A stretch of DNA of 64,000 bases from Octopus sinensis (GCF_006345805.1 NC_043004.1:91822001-91886000), one strand, 5' to 3'. Shown: positions 11,853 through 24,825, numbered from the stretch's first letter. The notes: generated by a model not told the origin, from the letters alone. Numbers and translations: made by a program.

Positions 11853-14800
11853 CAGTTGGCTGATTTGGTCGGTATATATATCCTTTATGAAATGGCTGAC
11901 CAATTCCTAAACATCAATGAAGATCTATATCGTAGCGATTATGTACATCTACTCTACATTCAAAATGTTTCTAACGAAAAATTACAAAGGGTTAAAAATA
12001 GATTGGTTAAATTTTCCCGAAACATGGGTTTAAGCATTGTTTCCGAAGATGATATAATTAAAGCCGACTGTTTGGATATTACCCTCAACTTACACAATGA
12101 TTCATATTTCCCATACCATAAACCATCAACTAATCAACTAATTAGCTCCTTCCGTAATCATCCAAAGGTTATTACAAGGAATTTAGTTAGAAATGTTTCA
12201 CTTAGACTTTGTAGATTACATTGTGCAACAAATTTCAGTTTCAAAAAAGTACAAGTTAAGTAAGACTTGTTTCTGGGTCAAAAAATTGTCCTGATTCTGA
12301 TTCTGATCTTTATTTCTCCAGATTAGGCACCGTTTTCCTGTACCATGAACCATACGTTTTATAATATACTGCATAATATTGCGTATTGAACACAACATTG
12401 CAAATACTGAAAGTTACGAAAAACAAAACAAAAATTTAGTTGATATAACAAAACATATATTGGTTATGAATTAAAAACACACCTGTCAGTTTAAACAACT
12501 TTTGTCCCTCTAAACCTCTTGTGCTGAGTGTGATTTTTTTTTTTTATACCACAGCAGTATTCTGCCAACATGCCAGGGTTCCATTTTCCTTTGAATCGTC
12601 GCTCCATCACTGAAATATTCTGATGGAATCTTTCGCCATGTTCATCACTCACATCACCAAGATTTTCCGCAAAAAAATCCAAATGCGAGTGAAGCACATG
12701 AACGTTTTGAGACATGTTACATCCCATATCATGATAATGACTCAGCAGATCATTCACAACTTACACATAGTCTTCTGAACGATGTTTGCCCAGGAAGTTA
12801 TCGCAAACTTTCTTGAATGACTCAAAGGCAAGCTTCTCTTTTCTCTTGAAATGTGTGATAAAGGTTTCATCAAGTACAATTTTTCAAATTTGGGGACCTA
12901 TGGAGAAACCTTCTTTAATTTTAGCTTGACTCAGGGAAGGGAACTTTTCTGCAAGATATGCAAATGCAGAGAATTCCTTGTCCAAGGCTTTCACAAATTG
13001 CTTAAGCAAACCAAGTTTAATATGCAAAGGTGGTAAAATGTTTTATCACTTTTCACAAGTGGTTTGTGCATGATGTTGTGTTTTCCTTGTTCAATTTCAT
13101 CTCGGATCGGCCAATCCTTGCATATATAATGTTCAGCTCTTTCTCTGGAATTCCATAAGCTCAGGAAGCAGCAAAATTTAGTATAGCCAAGATGTAGGCC
13201 AGTAAGCATGGCCACAACCTTAAAATCTTGCACAAATATGCCAGGTATGGTCATCATACTGTGTGCATATTAGAATTGCTTTCAGATTTTCATATGATTC
13301 TTTTATGGTTGTGCTATAAGCTATGGGAACAGAAGGCCGAGTGTTACCATTGTGTCGCAGAACAGCTTTGATGCTGTCCTTGGATGCATCTATGAAAAGT
13401 TGCCAGTTGGTTTTATCATATGGTATTTCCAGTTGCTCAAAAGGTTGTGATGTCATTACAAAAGTATAAGTCATCCTTCATAGTGAATAATGCAAGCAGA
13501 TCCTCTGTACGTTTTCTGTACAGTGTTATCTTCACTCCTTTCTCAAGAAGATTACATTCTTGAAGCCTTGATGCCAGAAACTCACTTTTCTCTTTGGTTA
13601 AATAGAGATCCCTGCACAAGTAATTTAGAGCCTTTTGAGAAAATGGTTTGGTTTCTTCTCGCTTTCTGGATCATTGGGTTCCACACATTCACTACTGGAA
13701 TGTTTATCAGCACTGCTGGAACTCTGCATTTCTTGATCTGGAAGTTTGGGCACAGGTAATTTTTGTGAGTGCTCTATTGGGTGCATTGCTGGTTGCAAAT
13801 TTGGGTAAACAATGTGTTTCTTTTTCTTTGCTGTAGTACAGCCTGTAAAGTCATGGTGACAGAAATAGCAATCATTAGAGTGATCTTTCTGCTCATGCCA
13901 AATCATTAGAACACCAAACTTCATGTGAACATTTTTTCCTGCATGCTAGGCACTCAATGTCTTCACATATGTAAGGCAACACACTTGAGGAGCCCATGAC
14001 TTATCCTGGTCTCCTAAGTAACAATCGAAGTACGTCTTGTATATTTTATTGATATGGCGTGTAATACTGCGCATTTCTATAGCAAAAGTTAGTTCCCCAC
14101 AGATATAACAGAATCTGTTTGGATCATTTTTGCACTATCTTGTACTCATTATTGAAAACAAATAAGATCTGACAGATAAAAAATAACATTAAGCACAAGC
14201 TTTGGATCACACTGCAGGTGTTACTAAGATTGTTTTCTAGCCCTGGGTTGAAACCCATTTTACAATGGGGTAGAGAATTTTATTTAATAATAATGACATA
14301 AAGAGTATACAGTGACAATTCTGTAGAAACCATACCTAATTCAACAAAAAGAAGGCCAGAAATGGATTTCCCATGTCATTTTGCATATAAAAATGGCCAC
14401 AGATCTCTTGTACTTTTTTGAGTGTTGCACAGTGTTACCTGCCAATGTTGATATCTACAACGATAAAACCGAATTTTATTACTCTACCTCACTCAAAGCA
14501 GGCTATAAAGAAAAAATTATCTATATTAACCCACTTGACATTAATTCTACCTCTGTTAATGAAAACACATCAAAACGGTGATAATAATATAAATTTTAGT
14601 TCGAATAACAACACTAAATCGAAAAAACGTAATTTTGCAGCGTAAGGGAGATAACGGTTCTTTAAGACCCTTTTTACGTTATAAAAGTAAATATAGGACT
14701 TTAATTACCCTAATAACAAGGTATGTCCAAGTAAAACTGTTAGGTTGATAATTCTATATGGTAAGCAGATCAAATCCAACCTCCCTTACCAGTTTCGAGA

Positions 14801-15390
14801 AGCTATAGATCGAATTAGAATAGGATTTTTTAAAAATCAAAAATCTTTCACAAATCATCTCTTCGCGTAACAATAAGTTGTTAAATACAAATCCACTTAA
14901 TGAAAATAACATTGATATTATTAACACTAACCATTCTTTGAACAATAATAACAACAATATTAGTATTTCTGATATGAATTCGAATCGCATTCGTTTCCTT
15001 AGCAGTAATTCTAAGACTAGTAACTCAGTTTATCAATATAATATTAAAACGGGTTCTGATGTCTTTTTTTACATAGGTAGTTCTTCATCTCAGTTGTCCA
15101 AAAGATTATCTAACCATTACTCTACATTTAGACATATCAATAAACGCAACAATACTGGGCTTAGTAGATTAATTCGGTCTCTTAAGGAACTTAATAAATA
15201 ATTTGATTTGAAATGGAATATTCTATCTAGATCCTTTCCATATGATAAAGGAAAATCCCTTTGTCCGCTCTGTAACAAAGAAAAGTCTCTTATTCTGTTC
15301 TCGGAGAATTCTCTTGTAAACACGTTTAAAGAATGCGTTTATCGTTGCAAACATTGGAAAAAATATACCTTTAGTTCCTATAAGTAATTT
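11853..15390 (+). mobile_element. Penelope-like element (RT C-terminus + GIY-YIG), interrupted by a Chapaev3-like transposon at 12219-14434
   Basis: [28 protein letters not shown] continues after the insertion as PANVDIYN..LKAGYKEKI; GIY-YIG VYQY..FYIGSS..KRLSNH..SRL; then CPLCNKEKSLI..CKH. Confidence 0.85.
12219..14434 (-). mobile_element. Chapaev3-like (CMC/Transib-related) DNA transposon, degenerate transposase about 14149-12491
   Basis: Termini CATTGTGCAACA / TGTTGCACAGTG with TTA on both sides. Motifs FCYICG, GDQDKSWAP, LFIDAS, GYTKFCCFLSLW, PLHIKLG, HSHLDFF, VSDEHGERFHQ. Family name assigned from recalled terminal and TSD features. Confidence 0.85.
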
Positions 15391-15483
15391 CTACCAATCT
15401 ATAAAATTCAACTTTTATCTGTCTTCTTACATTTCACTTCCATTACATATATCTATTTACACACATTTAAGCTTTATTTCCAC

Positions 15484-15553
15484 TGTAACGAAGAAAAGTA
15501 ACTCATTCTGTTCTCGGAGAATTCTCTTGTAAACACGTTTAAAATGCGTTTAT
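15484..15553 (+). repeat. Partial direct repeat of the Penelope 3' coding end (pseudo-LTR-type duplication)
   Basis: Copies 15271-15341 (..ATTCTGTTCTCGGAGAATTCTCTTGTAAACACGTTTAAA..). Confidence 0.75.
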
Positions 15554-15569
15554 ACACAACAGATATATG

Positions 15570-15880
15570 ATAATCATCGAATGGGAAATTCTGGAAGAGC
15601 TAATACCTAATTTCGGCATTGAGTGTTTTACAAATGCCAGAACTGGACGCCATGTTATTGTACAATTGGTACCGTCCAGCCCATCTAATCAGTTTAAGGT
15701 TCACAGGTCCACAGCTCTTCAATGCCCTTCCAAAGAATTTAAGAACCCTATACAATGTGGACGTAGATGTCTTCAAAAAGGAATTGAACATTTTACTCTC
15801 CGCTATACGGGATCAACAAACGACCCGGCATGGGGTACAGATGAGAACAGGAGTGTCAACTTCCTCATACACCAAATATT
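15570..15880 (+). mobile_element. L2/CR1-group LINE 3' fragment
   Basis: RFTGPQLFNALPKNLR..DVFKKELNILLSAIRD matches the usual RT C-terminal end of these clades. Confidence 0.65.
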
Positions 15881-15882
15881 AC

Positions 15883-15899
15883 ATATATACATACATACA

Positions 15900-15955
<56 letters not shown>

Positions 15956-16127
15956 CATATATATACATATACATATATATATATATATACATACATATAT
16001 ATATATATACACACACACACGCACATACATACATACATACATACGTACATACATACATATAGATATACATATATATATATATACACACACACGCGCACAA
16101 AGACACACATACATATATACATACATT

Positions 16128-16171
<44 letters not shown>

Positions 16172-16190
16172 TGTGTGTGTGTTTATTTGT
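15883..16190. repeat. Compound (CA)n/(TA)n/(TG)n microsatellite
   Basis: Direct inspection. Confidence 0.9.
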
Positions 16191-16440
16191 ATGCTTTAAA
16201 TATTAGTTTGTGTGTGCTGTTAAGTATTATATCTGCAGGTTGCGTAATGAAACAATGTTAAGTGAAATGTTGAATGACAAACATAATGTTATTAGGTTCT
16301 AAACTAAAATTGTAGCTGAAAATAGATATAAAAAGGCAATACTAAAATTCTACTGATTTCTCTTTGTCGATGTTTTTTGAAAGAAAATCATGTTTCTAAA
16401 ACTTTTATGATTTCAGCACATAATAAAGCATGACTTCTAC

Positions 16441-16645
16441 TATAGACCCAAGGCCTGAAATTTGAGGGTAAGAGGCTGAGTCGATTACATCGACCCCAGT
16501 GCGTAAATGATACTTAATTTATCGACCCCGAAAGGATGAAAAGCAAAGTCAACCCCGGCGGCATTTGAACTCAGAACGTGATGACAGGCGAAATACTGCT
16601 AAGTGTTTTGCCCGGCGTGCTAACGATTCTGCCAGCTCGCCGCCT
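16441..16645 (-). mobile_element. SINE family M, alternative tail (AAATTTCAGGCCTTG)
   Basis: Family M head and central domain; 3' end differs from the 43548 and 51279 copies. Confidence 0.8.
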
Positions 16646-18183
16646 TAAGATGTTATACTAATACTTCATTATGGGACTCACATGTGCTTTATAGAGTGTC
16701 AGCAACTGTTGACAATTTTCTAGCCCCGAAGAAAAGAAACAGTGCTTGAGATGCTGTCCTAGCTGTGTTAAGTATATACTTTCGCTTGGAGAATTCCTCA
16801 ATGATAGTGAGGTCTAGTATTTTGAGCGAGCATGAGGGCTTTAGCTTCTTTGTTCCTTGATACTAGTTCTTGTGTTGCCTTAACTGCTTTTCATTTATAG
16901 GTATTTCATGTTGATATAATTTCCTTTGTATAAAACCCGAATCTGTGATGATTATAGGTTTATCATCACTTGACTTAAACTGTTTGTTTCTTTCCTTCCA
17001 GCCTTCTACATATTCTCTAGCTAAGGTTTTCTGCTTCATTGCATGTATTTGGCCTCTTACCAAATAGTTTTCATACTGTTTTGAAATAAGAAAAACCTTC
17101 AGTGTTAGCTTTCAGTGCTACACATCTCAGTCAATGCAGACGCTTTATTTAATCTATTCTTATTCTGCTCAGTTATTTCAAATGTTCCCTATTTAGGGAC
17201 TTTCTTTTCTCATCGTTTTCGTAAGCGTTCCGTCAACTCATTTCCAGCTTAGTTTGTAGATTTTTTTTTACAATTTCTGTCGTAATTACTCCTTCCTCCT
17301 CAAAACTGTTTATTACTTCAGATTTTTTGTGTTTGCTGGTTTCTTTGAAAACTGGAAACTGTTCTTTTGTTTGTTTTGTTTTTTCTTTCGTATTTTGGAA
17401 TATTTTCTATTAGTTCCCATTGTGTTAGCCTCTGTATTTTTGTTAAATATAACTCAGATTTTTGGTGGTGTTTTCTAAAAGTTTTCAATATTTATCTTGT
17501 TTTTCTATCTAGTTCTACTAATTTACTTAGCGAGTGTTCGGTTGAAAATATTATAACTGCTTATTACACTGAAGCAGGTAGATTATTGGTGCTTATTAAC
17601 CATTTTGCTGTTAACACTGAATAAGTCACAATCCGTTCTAAAGCGTCTGTCTGTAACATAATACATTCATTTGTGTGTGTGTGTGTGTGTGTGTGTGTTT
17701 GTGTGTGTATGTGCGTATTGAACCTACTTCATCCAACTGATCTCTCTTCTACTGTCCATATAAAACTTGTAAACAAACACAGCTGTTTATGACTGTGCAG
17801 CGTACTTGATCCACTTTAATTAGTTTGCATACGCAGTAGTAGCTCAGATCTTTAGATTCACAATATATATATATATATATACATGTATATACGTATATAT
17901 AAATACATTACATATATATAATATACATGTATACGTACACATCTACATATATATACATTTAGGTGTGTATTAAAGAATGTACTGAGTATCCCTTTTTCTA
18001 TTACCAGTATTGCTTGTATATGAACTCGCATGTGTATCTCTTGTATGTGTGTATAGATTGTGTTTGCTTGTGTATATATTTATACTTCAAGCGCATTATT
18101 CTTTATGCGAATGTCTGTGCGTGAGTATCTGCGTATTTATTTGTACACTAATGTGCCTACCTAATTAGGTGTGATTTCTCTCT

Positions 18184-18232
<49 letters not shown>

Positions 18233-18234
18233 AA

Positions 18235-18660
<426 letters not shown>

Positions 18661-18686
18661 GTATTTGAAAAATAATGCCTTTCGGC

Positions 18687-18721
<35 letters not shown>

Positions 18722-19587
18722 ATATATATTATATTTGAAAAATAATGCCTTTCGGCATATATATATATATATATATCTACAAATATATATATATACATAT
18801 ATGTGTGTGTGTCTGTGTGTATATATATATATTCATCTATTTAAGGGAGATGACAAATATCTTGTAGAGTTACTTCCCTTACACTTTATAATATATATGG
18901 GTGTGTATATGTGTATATATATGTATATGTATCTCTTAAAGGGAGGTTACTAAAAATATCTTCTAGAGTTACTTCCTTCACACTCCATATATATATATAT
19001 ATATATATGTTTTTGTATATTAATTCAGAGTGATTACTTGATAAGTGTAAGCACCTGTATATGTCAGCTTGTTGCAGAGGTGAGAGGGTATATGCATCAA
19101 ATGAAATAAAAAAACAGAACACAAAGGCTGTCGCGGTACACGTGTTTCGAGCTTTATAAAACAACCTGTTCTTACATCAATGTATAATCGACATAACAGA
19201 TGGTTTTGAAGCTCTCTTCAGCCACATGCAATTGCTATACCAAAGACTTACATCACATTATGCAAAATCCGAAAAGGTACATTTGGTATTATCTATAATG
19301 GTAGGTATATTGAGTTTCACAGAGAAATTATGTTTATAAATCTTCATAATCAAATAGGTGTGTAGGGTATCATTGGATTTCGAAAATCCGTCCATACTGT
19401 ATCATCAGTCAACATAGAGTGAATGTTGACTAGATTCGAGTGGGTTCATTCCTCTTGTAAGGGAAGTAAGTAAGGAGAAGTGAAGGTGGAGAAAAGGAAG
19501 TAATAGAGAAAAGAAATAGGGAGAGTATGGAGAGGAAAGAACAGAGAGAAGAAAGAGAGAAAATTGGGAAGAATAACCCAATAAGAT

Positions 19588-20300
19588 ACATAATTTATTA
19601 ACGATGAAACAATTGTATAGAGTTAATCTATTTTTTCGTCATCTTTCCTTTGTCCTGCTCGCTTACATTCTTGGCGTGCTGAATTAATCCTTGAGAACAA
19701 TTCCTTGGTGGCGGATTCCCCTTGCGGATCTATATCTAGCGTTAGAGCGTACACATAGTGGATTCTCTCATTGTTTTGTATTAATAATTTTTACTGTATT
19801 CCAGTCTTTTATACGCTAGGACACTTGGTGTTTAAACTGATGTTATTAATTAATATTCAGTTTTTTCACCCTTATTTTGACTTTAATTATAAATTAATAT
19901 GTTCTCAAACCGGCAGTAAATTACTTATGTAGCATTTATATCCGACGATTTAGCGCGCCAGAATGAGGGCATTTGAATGTAACTGTGAATATAATCGGCT
20001 GTACCGTTCGTCTCTGTTCAACCTCGTGTGGATTTTGCCGTTCGGTTCGACAAATTATATTCTGATGTACTCTACTGACGATTCGAAAATACTTATGTAA
20101 GTAAAATTACATAATTTATTAACGATGAAACAATTGTATAGAGCTAATCTATTTTTTCGTTATTTTTCATTTGTCCTGCTCGCTTACATTCTTGGCGCGC
20201 TGAATTAATCCTTGAGAACAATTCCTTGGTGGCAGATTCCCCTTGCAGGTCTATATCTAGCGTTAGAGCGTCCACATAGTGGATTCTCTCTTATTGTTTT
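19588..20300 (+). mobile_element. Hammerhead-bearing tandem non-coding element (521-bp period; PLE pseudo-LTR or retrozyme-like)
   Basis: About 200-bp direct repeats at 19588-19790 and 20109-20300; complete hammerhead core at 20070-20143 and its 3' half at 19588-19622. Confidence 0.7.
20070..20143 (+). ncRNA. Minimal type I hammerhead ribozyme
   Basis: CTCTA-CTGACGA-[helix II including TTATGTAA/TTACATAA]-GAAA-CAATTG-TA-TAGAG; helix I 5 bp; palindromic helix III; helix II closing pair is T-T. Confidence 0.7.
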
Positions 20301-20316
20301 ATATATATATATATAT

Positions 20317-20436
20317 GCTTACGGCCATATCACGTTGAAAGCACCGGTTCTCGTCTGATCACCGAAGTTAAGCAACGTCAAGCCTAGTCAGTACTTAGAT
20401 GGGTGACCGCTTGGGAAACCTAGGTGCAGTAAGCAT
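20317..20436 (+). rRNA. 5S rRNA: Full-length 5S rRNA gene copy or retrocopy, no oligo-T terminator
   Basis: 120 nt GCTTACGGCCATATCACGTTGAAAGCACCGG..AGTACTTAGATGGGTGACCGCTTGGGAAACC..GTAAGCAT; terminal helix pairs with one mismatch; box A/C region intact. Confidence 0.93.
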
Positions 20437-20440
20437 AGCA

Positions 20441-20729
20441 GTGGAGGCGCAATGGCCTAGTGGTTAGAGCAGCGGACTCGCGGTCGCAGGATCGCGGTTT
20501 CGATTCCCAGACCGGGCGTTGTGTGTGTTTATTGAGCGAAAACACCTAAAAGCTCCACGATGCTCCAGCAGGGGATGGTGGTGATCCCTGCTGTACTCTT
20601 TCACCACTCTTTCTTCTGTTGGCCTGCTAGCTTAGCCAGCGGGGTGGCGTCATTCGAAGGCTAAAACAATGCGACGCATTGTGACCAGCGATGTGTAACA
20701 ACATCTGATGGTCTGGTCGGTCACGTGAT

Positions 20730-20736
<7 letters not shown>
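20441..20736 (+). mobile_element. SINE family R, tail type b (..GGTCACGTGATCACGTGA(TA)n)
   Basis: Full tRNA-like head; second copy at 53803-54107. Confidence 0.88.
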
Positions 20737-20767
<31 letters not shown>

Positions 20768-20779
20768 TACACACACATA

Positions 20780-21385
20780 CGAGTGGTGTATGAAAAGTTT
20801 TGAGCCTAACCTAAAAACGGGGCTGCTAGATAGCTGAACAATTTTTTCTGGTAAGTATAGTCTTTCCGGAGTATTCTTTATCATTTTCATGATTCTTATA
20901 TTTCTATATTTTGTTGTTGCAGATTTCTGAATAAACAAGTGTCGAGGTTAAAAAGAAAATGAAGAAAACTGAGTATCGTGCTATCACAAAGTACCTTCAT
21001 ATGAAAGGCATGACTCCATCAGAAATCCATGAAGATATAGTGAGAACCTTAACAGGCAATGCTTCTTCATATGCAACAGTCACATGCTAGGTAAATGAAT
21101 ACAAGCGTGACAGGGAGAGTGTGGAAATGATCCCAGACCAGGGAGACCTCCAACTGCGACCACCAAGGAAACCTTGATCTTGCTCTTGGTATGATAATAC
21201 AAGATCGCTGAATAGCATGTTTTCAGATAGCCGAAAGACTGGGCATCTCAATTGAAAGAGCAAACAACATTGTGACAAAAGAACTTGGGTTCTCAAAGGT
21301 TTCCGCAAGGATGGTCCGTCGCCTTTTGACTTCTGAACAGAAACGCATCAGGTGCAATTTTGCCCACGAGCAATCTGGAACTGTC
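20780..21385 (+). mobile_element. mariner transposon 5' relic
   Basis: TA followed by CGAGTGGTGTATGAAAAGTTTTGAGCC terminus; MKKTEYRAITKYLHMKGMTPSEIHED..RPGRP and a WVPRLLT-like motif, with frameshifts. Confidence 0.75.
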
Positions 21386-22479
21386 TGATTTCATTATGAT
21401 ATTCATGAAAACATTCGAACATCAAAACATATTTTACCACCGGTAAGACTGTAAAGAAAGGGAAAAGAATAAAGAGATCTAAATAACAGTGGTACATATG
21501 TATGAGTAAAATTTTGTGAGAGTAGGAGCCGAGGTAGAACTATAACTCTTTGCTCTAAAATTTTATAATTGCGTGAAAAATCAAAATATAATTGGACATC
21601 GATAATATTGATTGAGTTAATTAATAATGTAATCCAACAACAGCCAACGCAACGAAGACCTTTCAATATGATTCAGAAATTTTTCACAGTCATATTTTTT
21701 TTTGTATTAAACTTTGATTTTCTGCCGAGCTTTGCACGGGCTGCCACATAATAAATGACGCCATTTTAAAATACAATGTCAGACTATGTAAGTCCATCAA
21801 TCTTGATAATTTAATTCCTTCTACAAGAACTTGATGTCATCATGACTAAATTCAAAAAGTATAAGTGCTAAAAAGCAAAAAAAAACAACAACAAAAAAAC
21901 ACGAAAATAACATGCTAAAATCATGTAAATGCCGCATCGTGTTGCTCTGCGCAACCTGTCAGTTCACTGGTTTTTGAAACGACTTTGCATTTATTGATTG
22001 TAATATGAGTGTTCTATCATTAGATATCCCAGAAAAAGTACATTTTTTAAGGATTAATGTGATGAATCCTTAATAAGCGACATACACTTTTTTAGCATAC
22101 AGATGGCTCTTTCGTCCAAAAACTAAATTTACACGGGATATTTTAATCGTAATGTCATCCGACTATTATATGATGCAAAGAAATATGAATGCAGATTGTT
22201 TTCGCTTTTAATATATCTTACAGCAGCAGCAAGTTTTCGTCTTCATGAACCCAATTAAGGAACAAATGTCAAGTATGGAGTCTGGCAAGTAAAACCTGCT
22301 GGGTCACATCGCGTCAGCGATCGCCTGAAAGCATGGCTATCACAAGTTTAACTAGTTTACAATCTTCTATACCCTCTGAGTACGCGCACACACACACATG
22401 CACACTCACACACACATGCACACATTTATGTATTAATACAAATCTATTTATCGATATTTAAATGTTTCTCTAAACCTAA

Positions 22480-23310
22480 AATTTTCCTCTTATAAACCTT
22501 ACCACAAGCTCAACGAGATACTTTCCTGCATACTCAACCTGTCATATCATCCCCCATAGTGTTCAAAAAGCTTATAACCATCAGCAACAGAATATTTAAC
22601 CTATCTTATTTTTAACAATGCCCAAGCCAATATAGACTTCAGTAATGAATTAATTTACAACCCCTCTAGTTATAGTACAAACAACAAAAATAGATCTCAA
22701 AGTAGACTTAGGGGAACAATTTGGTTCACCCCACCTTTTCCTTTAATGTTAAAACTAACGTAGATTAAAAAAAGTTCCTATCTCTCAGGACAAACATTTT
22801 CCGCTATATCAAAGGTACAGAAAAATATTCAACAGGCGCTCAGTCAAATTATCATATAGCTACTGCTCCAATAGGAAGAGCCTACTCGCAGATATAACTG
22901 TCGAGACCCAATAAATTGTCCACTCGACCAGGGGCGCATGATTAAATCCATCATATATGAAGCAGATGTTACTGCAAGCTAGATGATTAATATAACCGAT
23001 AAGAAAAGATACATCAGTCTGTGTGAAGGCGATTTCAAAAATCGCTATACTAACCTCATATCTTCCTTTCGACACAGGGACAAAAGTAAAGCCACTAAGT
23101 TGGCTAGCTATGTATGGAGTTTGAAGTATAACGCCACATAACATACAATCAAGCAGAAAATAGTTGAAAAGTCCACGCCATATATCAATGGATAAAAAAC
23201 ATGTAAGTCATGCGTAGCTGAAAGAGCACAGATTTTTCAGATCTAAGAACTGCTAAATTACAGATCTGAAGTTTTCGGTGGATGTAAACATATGAATAGG
23301 TTCCTGTTAG
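22480..23310 (+). mobile_element. Second, degenerate Penelope-like element (RT thumb + GIY-YIG)
   Basis: YKPYHK.., TIWFTPPF..NVKTN..DKHF, IIYEADV..YISLCEGDFKNRY..SFRH..KLASYVWSLK. Confidence 0.75.
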
Positions 23311-24343
23311 AGAATTGGAAAATACCACCCTCTCCGATTTGAGCAGCTGTACTGCTGACTCTAGCCCTCTTTCCATTCAACCATATGACTTTACGGTCAA
23401 AGGGGACATAACTTTAATTCTTCCCCTGTTTTCTTTTTTCGTTTTTGTTTTCAACTTTCCACCTGTTACATCTACTTTCTTCTCGTCTTTTCTTGTCTTT
23501 TCTTTTATTCTATCGTCCTGTTATAGCTTGTTATGTCACGTAGGCAGAGCCTGAGGTTTGTATGAAGGCACCAGGAAGCAACTATAGCCACGCCTATTGT
23601 CTGCGCTGCTACATTCCCTCTAATTTTATATATGTTAACCATTTCTAAGCTTTGCCTATTTAGCAGTACATGTTTCTATGAACAGATCGAATAAGACCGA
23701 AAGATGTTAGTTGCTTTTGTCACTTTCTCTTTCTTTGAGGATAACATCCATCTATGTGCATATTGATTTTAATTCCTCCAAATTTAACCTGGTTGATATT
23801 ATTGAAAATATTATTTTTATTGTTAAATTTCAAACACTGTAATAGAGGGAATTTAGTCAAGAAACCTCTTGAATATTCTCAGCACATCGAAGTTTTTCGA
23901 CGCGCTATATTTAATGTGTGAGTATCTGTATTTAGTCTGCAGAAAGCATCCCTGAGTTGTGTTCCCTCAGCCATATTTTCGAGTTGAATATATGCATTAT
24001 CTAAAAGAAAAATGTTTAGACAAGGTAGCATAGTTCTAGGCATGTCTATGTACACATAAGGGCCCACTCACGTACACATGGGTGTACATACATACACGCC
24101 CACACACATACACACACTCACATATATGGTCACTCAGATACAACATAATGTGCACGTATATATGCACATATAGGCGTGCTCACATGCACACATTCTTACA
24201 TAGATACATACATGCATGCATACACATCTATGTACTTACATACTTTACTTATTTACTTAAATCGTAACAATCCGGAGCAGGCTCATTAAGTAAGATATTA
24301 TTCTTTGCAACAAGGAGCAAAATCATGCGGCAGTCTATTTGTG

Positions 24344-24419
<76 letters not shown>

Positions 24420-24424
<5 letters not shown>

Positions 24425-24825
24425 GGACTGAACCCGGAACCATGTGGCTGGTTAGCAAGCTACTTACCACACAGCCACTCCTGCGCCTATATATATATAT
24501 CTCTCTTTACTCTTTACTCTTTTACTTGTTTCAGTCATTTGACTGCGGCTATGCTGGAGCACCGCCTTTAGCCGAACAAATCGACCCCGGGACTTATTCT
24601 TTGTAAGCCCAGTACTTATTCTATCGGTCTCTTTTGCCGAACCGCTAAGTGAATGGGACGTAAACACACCAGCATCGGTTGTCAAGCAATGCTAGAGGGA
24701 CAAACACAGACACACAAACATACACACACATACATATATATATATATATACGACAGGCTTCTTTCAGTATCCGTCTACCAAATCCACTCACAAGGCACTA
24801 GTCGGCCCGAGGCTATAGCAGAAGA
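24420..24825 (-). mobile_element. SINE family C (GGCGCAGGAGTGGCTGTGTGGTAAG head), rearranged
   Basis: Matches the copies at 45057-45468 and 53225-53480. Confidence 0.75.

Noticed and set aside
16863-17063. 66-aa minus-strand ORF as a possible exon or transposase piece
   Set aside because: No recognisable motif or splice-compatible context.
19361-19415. Minus-strand CTGATGA..GAAA hammerhead candidate
   Set aside because: Helix II, helix III and the 3' strand of helix I cannot be formed convincingly.
19588-20300. Interpretation as an LTR/TRIM element
   Set aside because: The repeats lack TG..CA ends, PBS and PPT; the hammerhead indicates a PLE or retrozyme type.
22860-23144. 94-aa minus-strand ORF as an extra host exon
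   Set aside because: It is the antisense of the Penelope GIY-YIG region.
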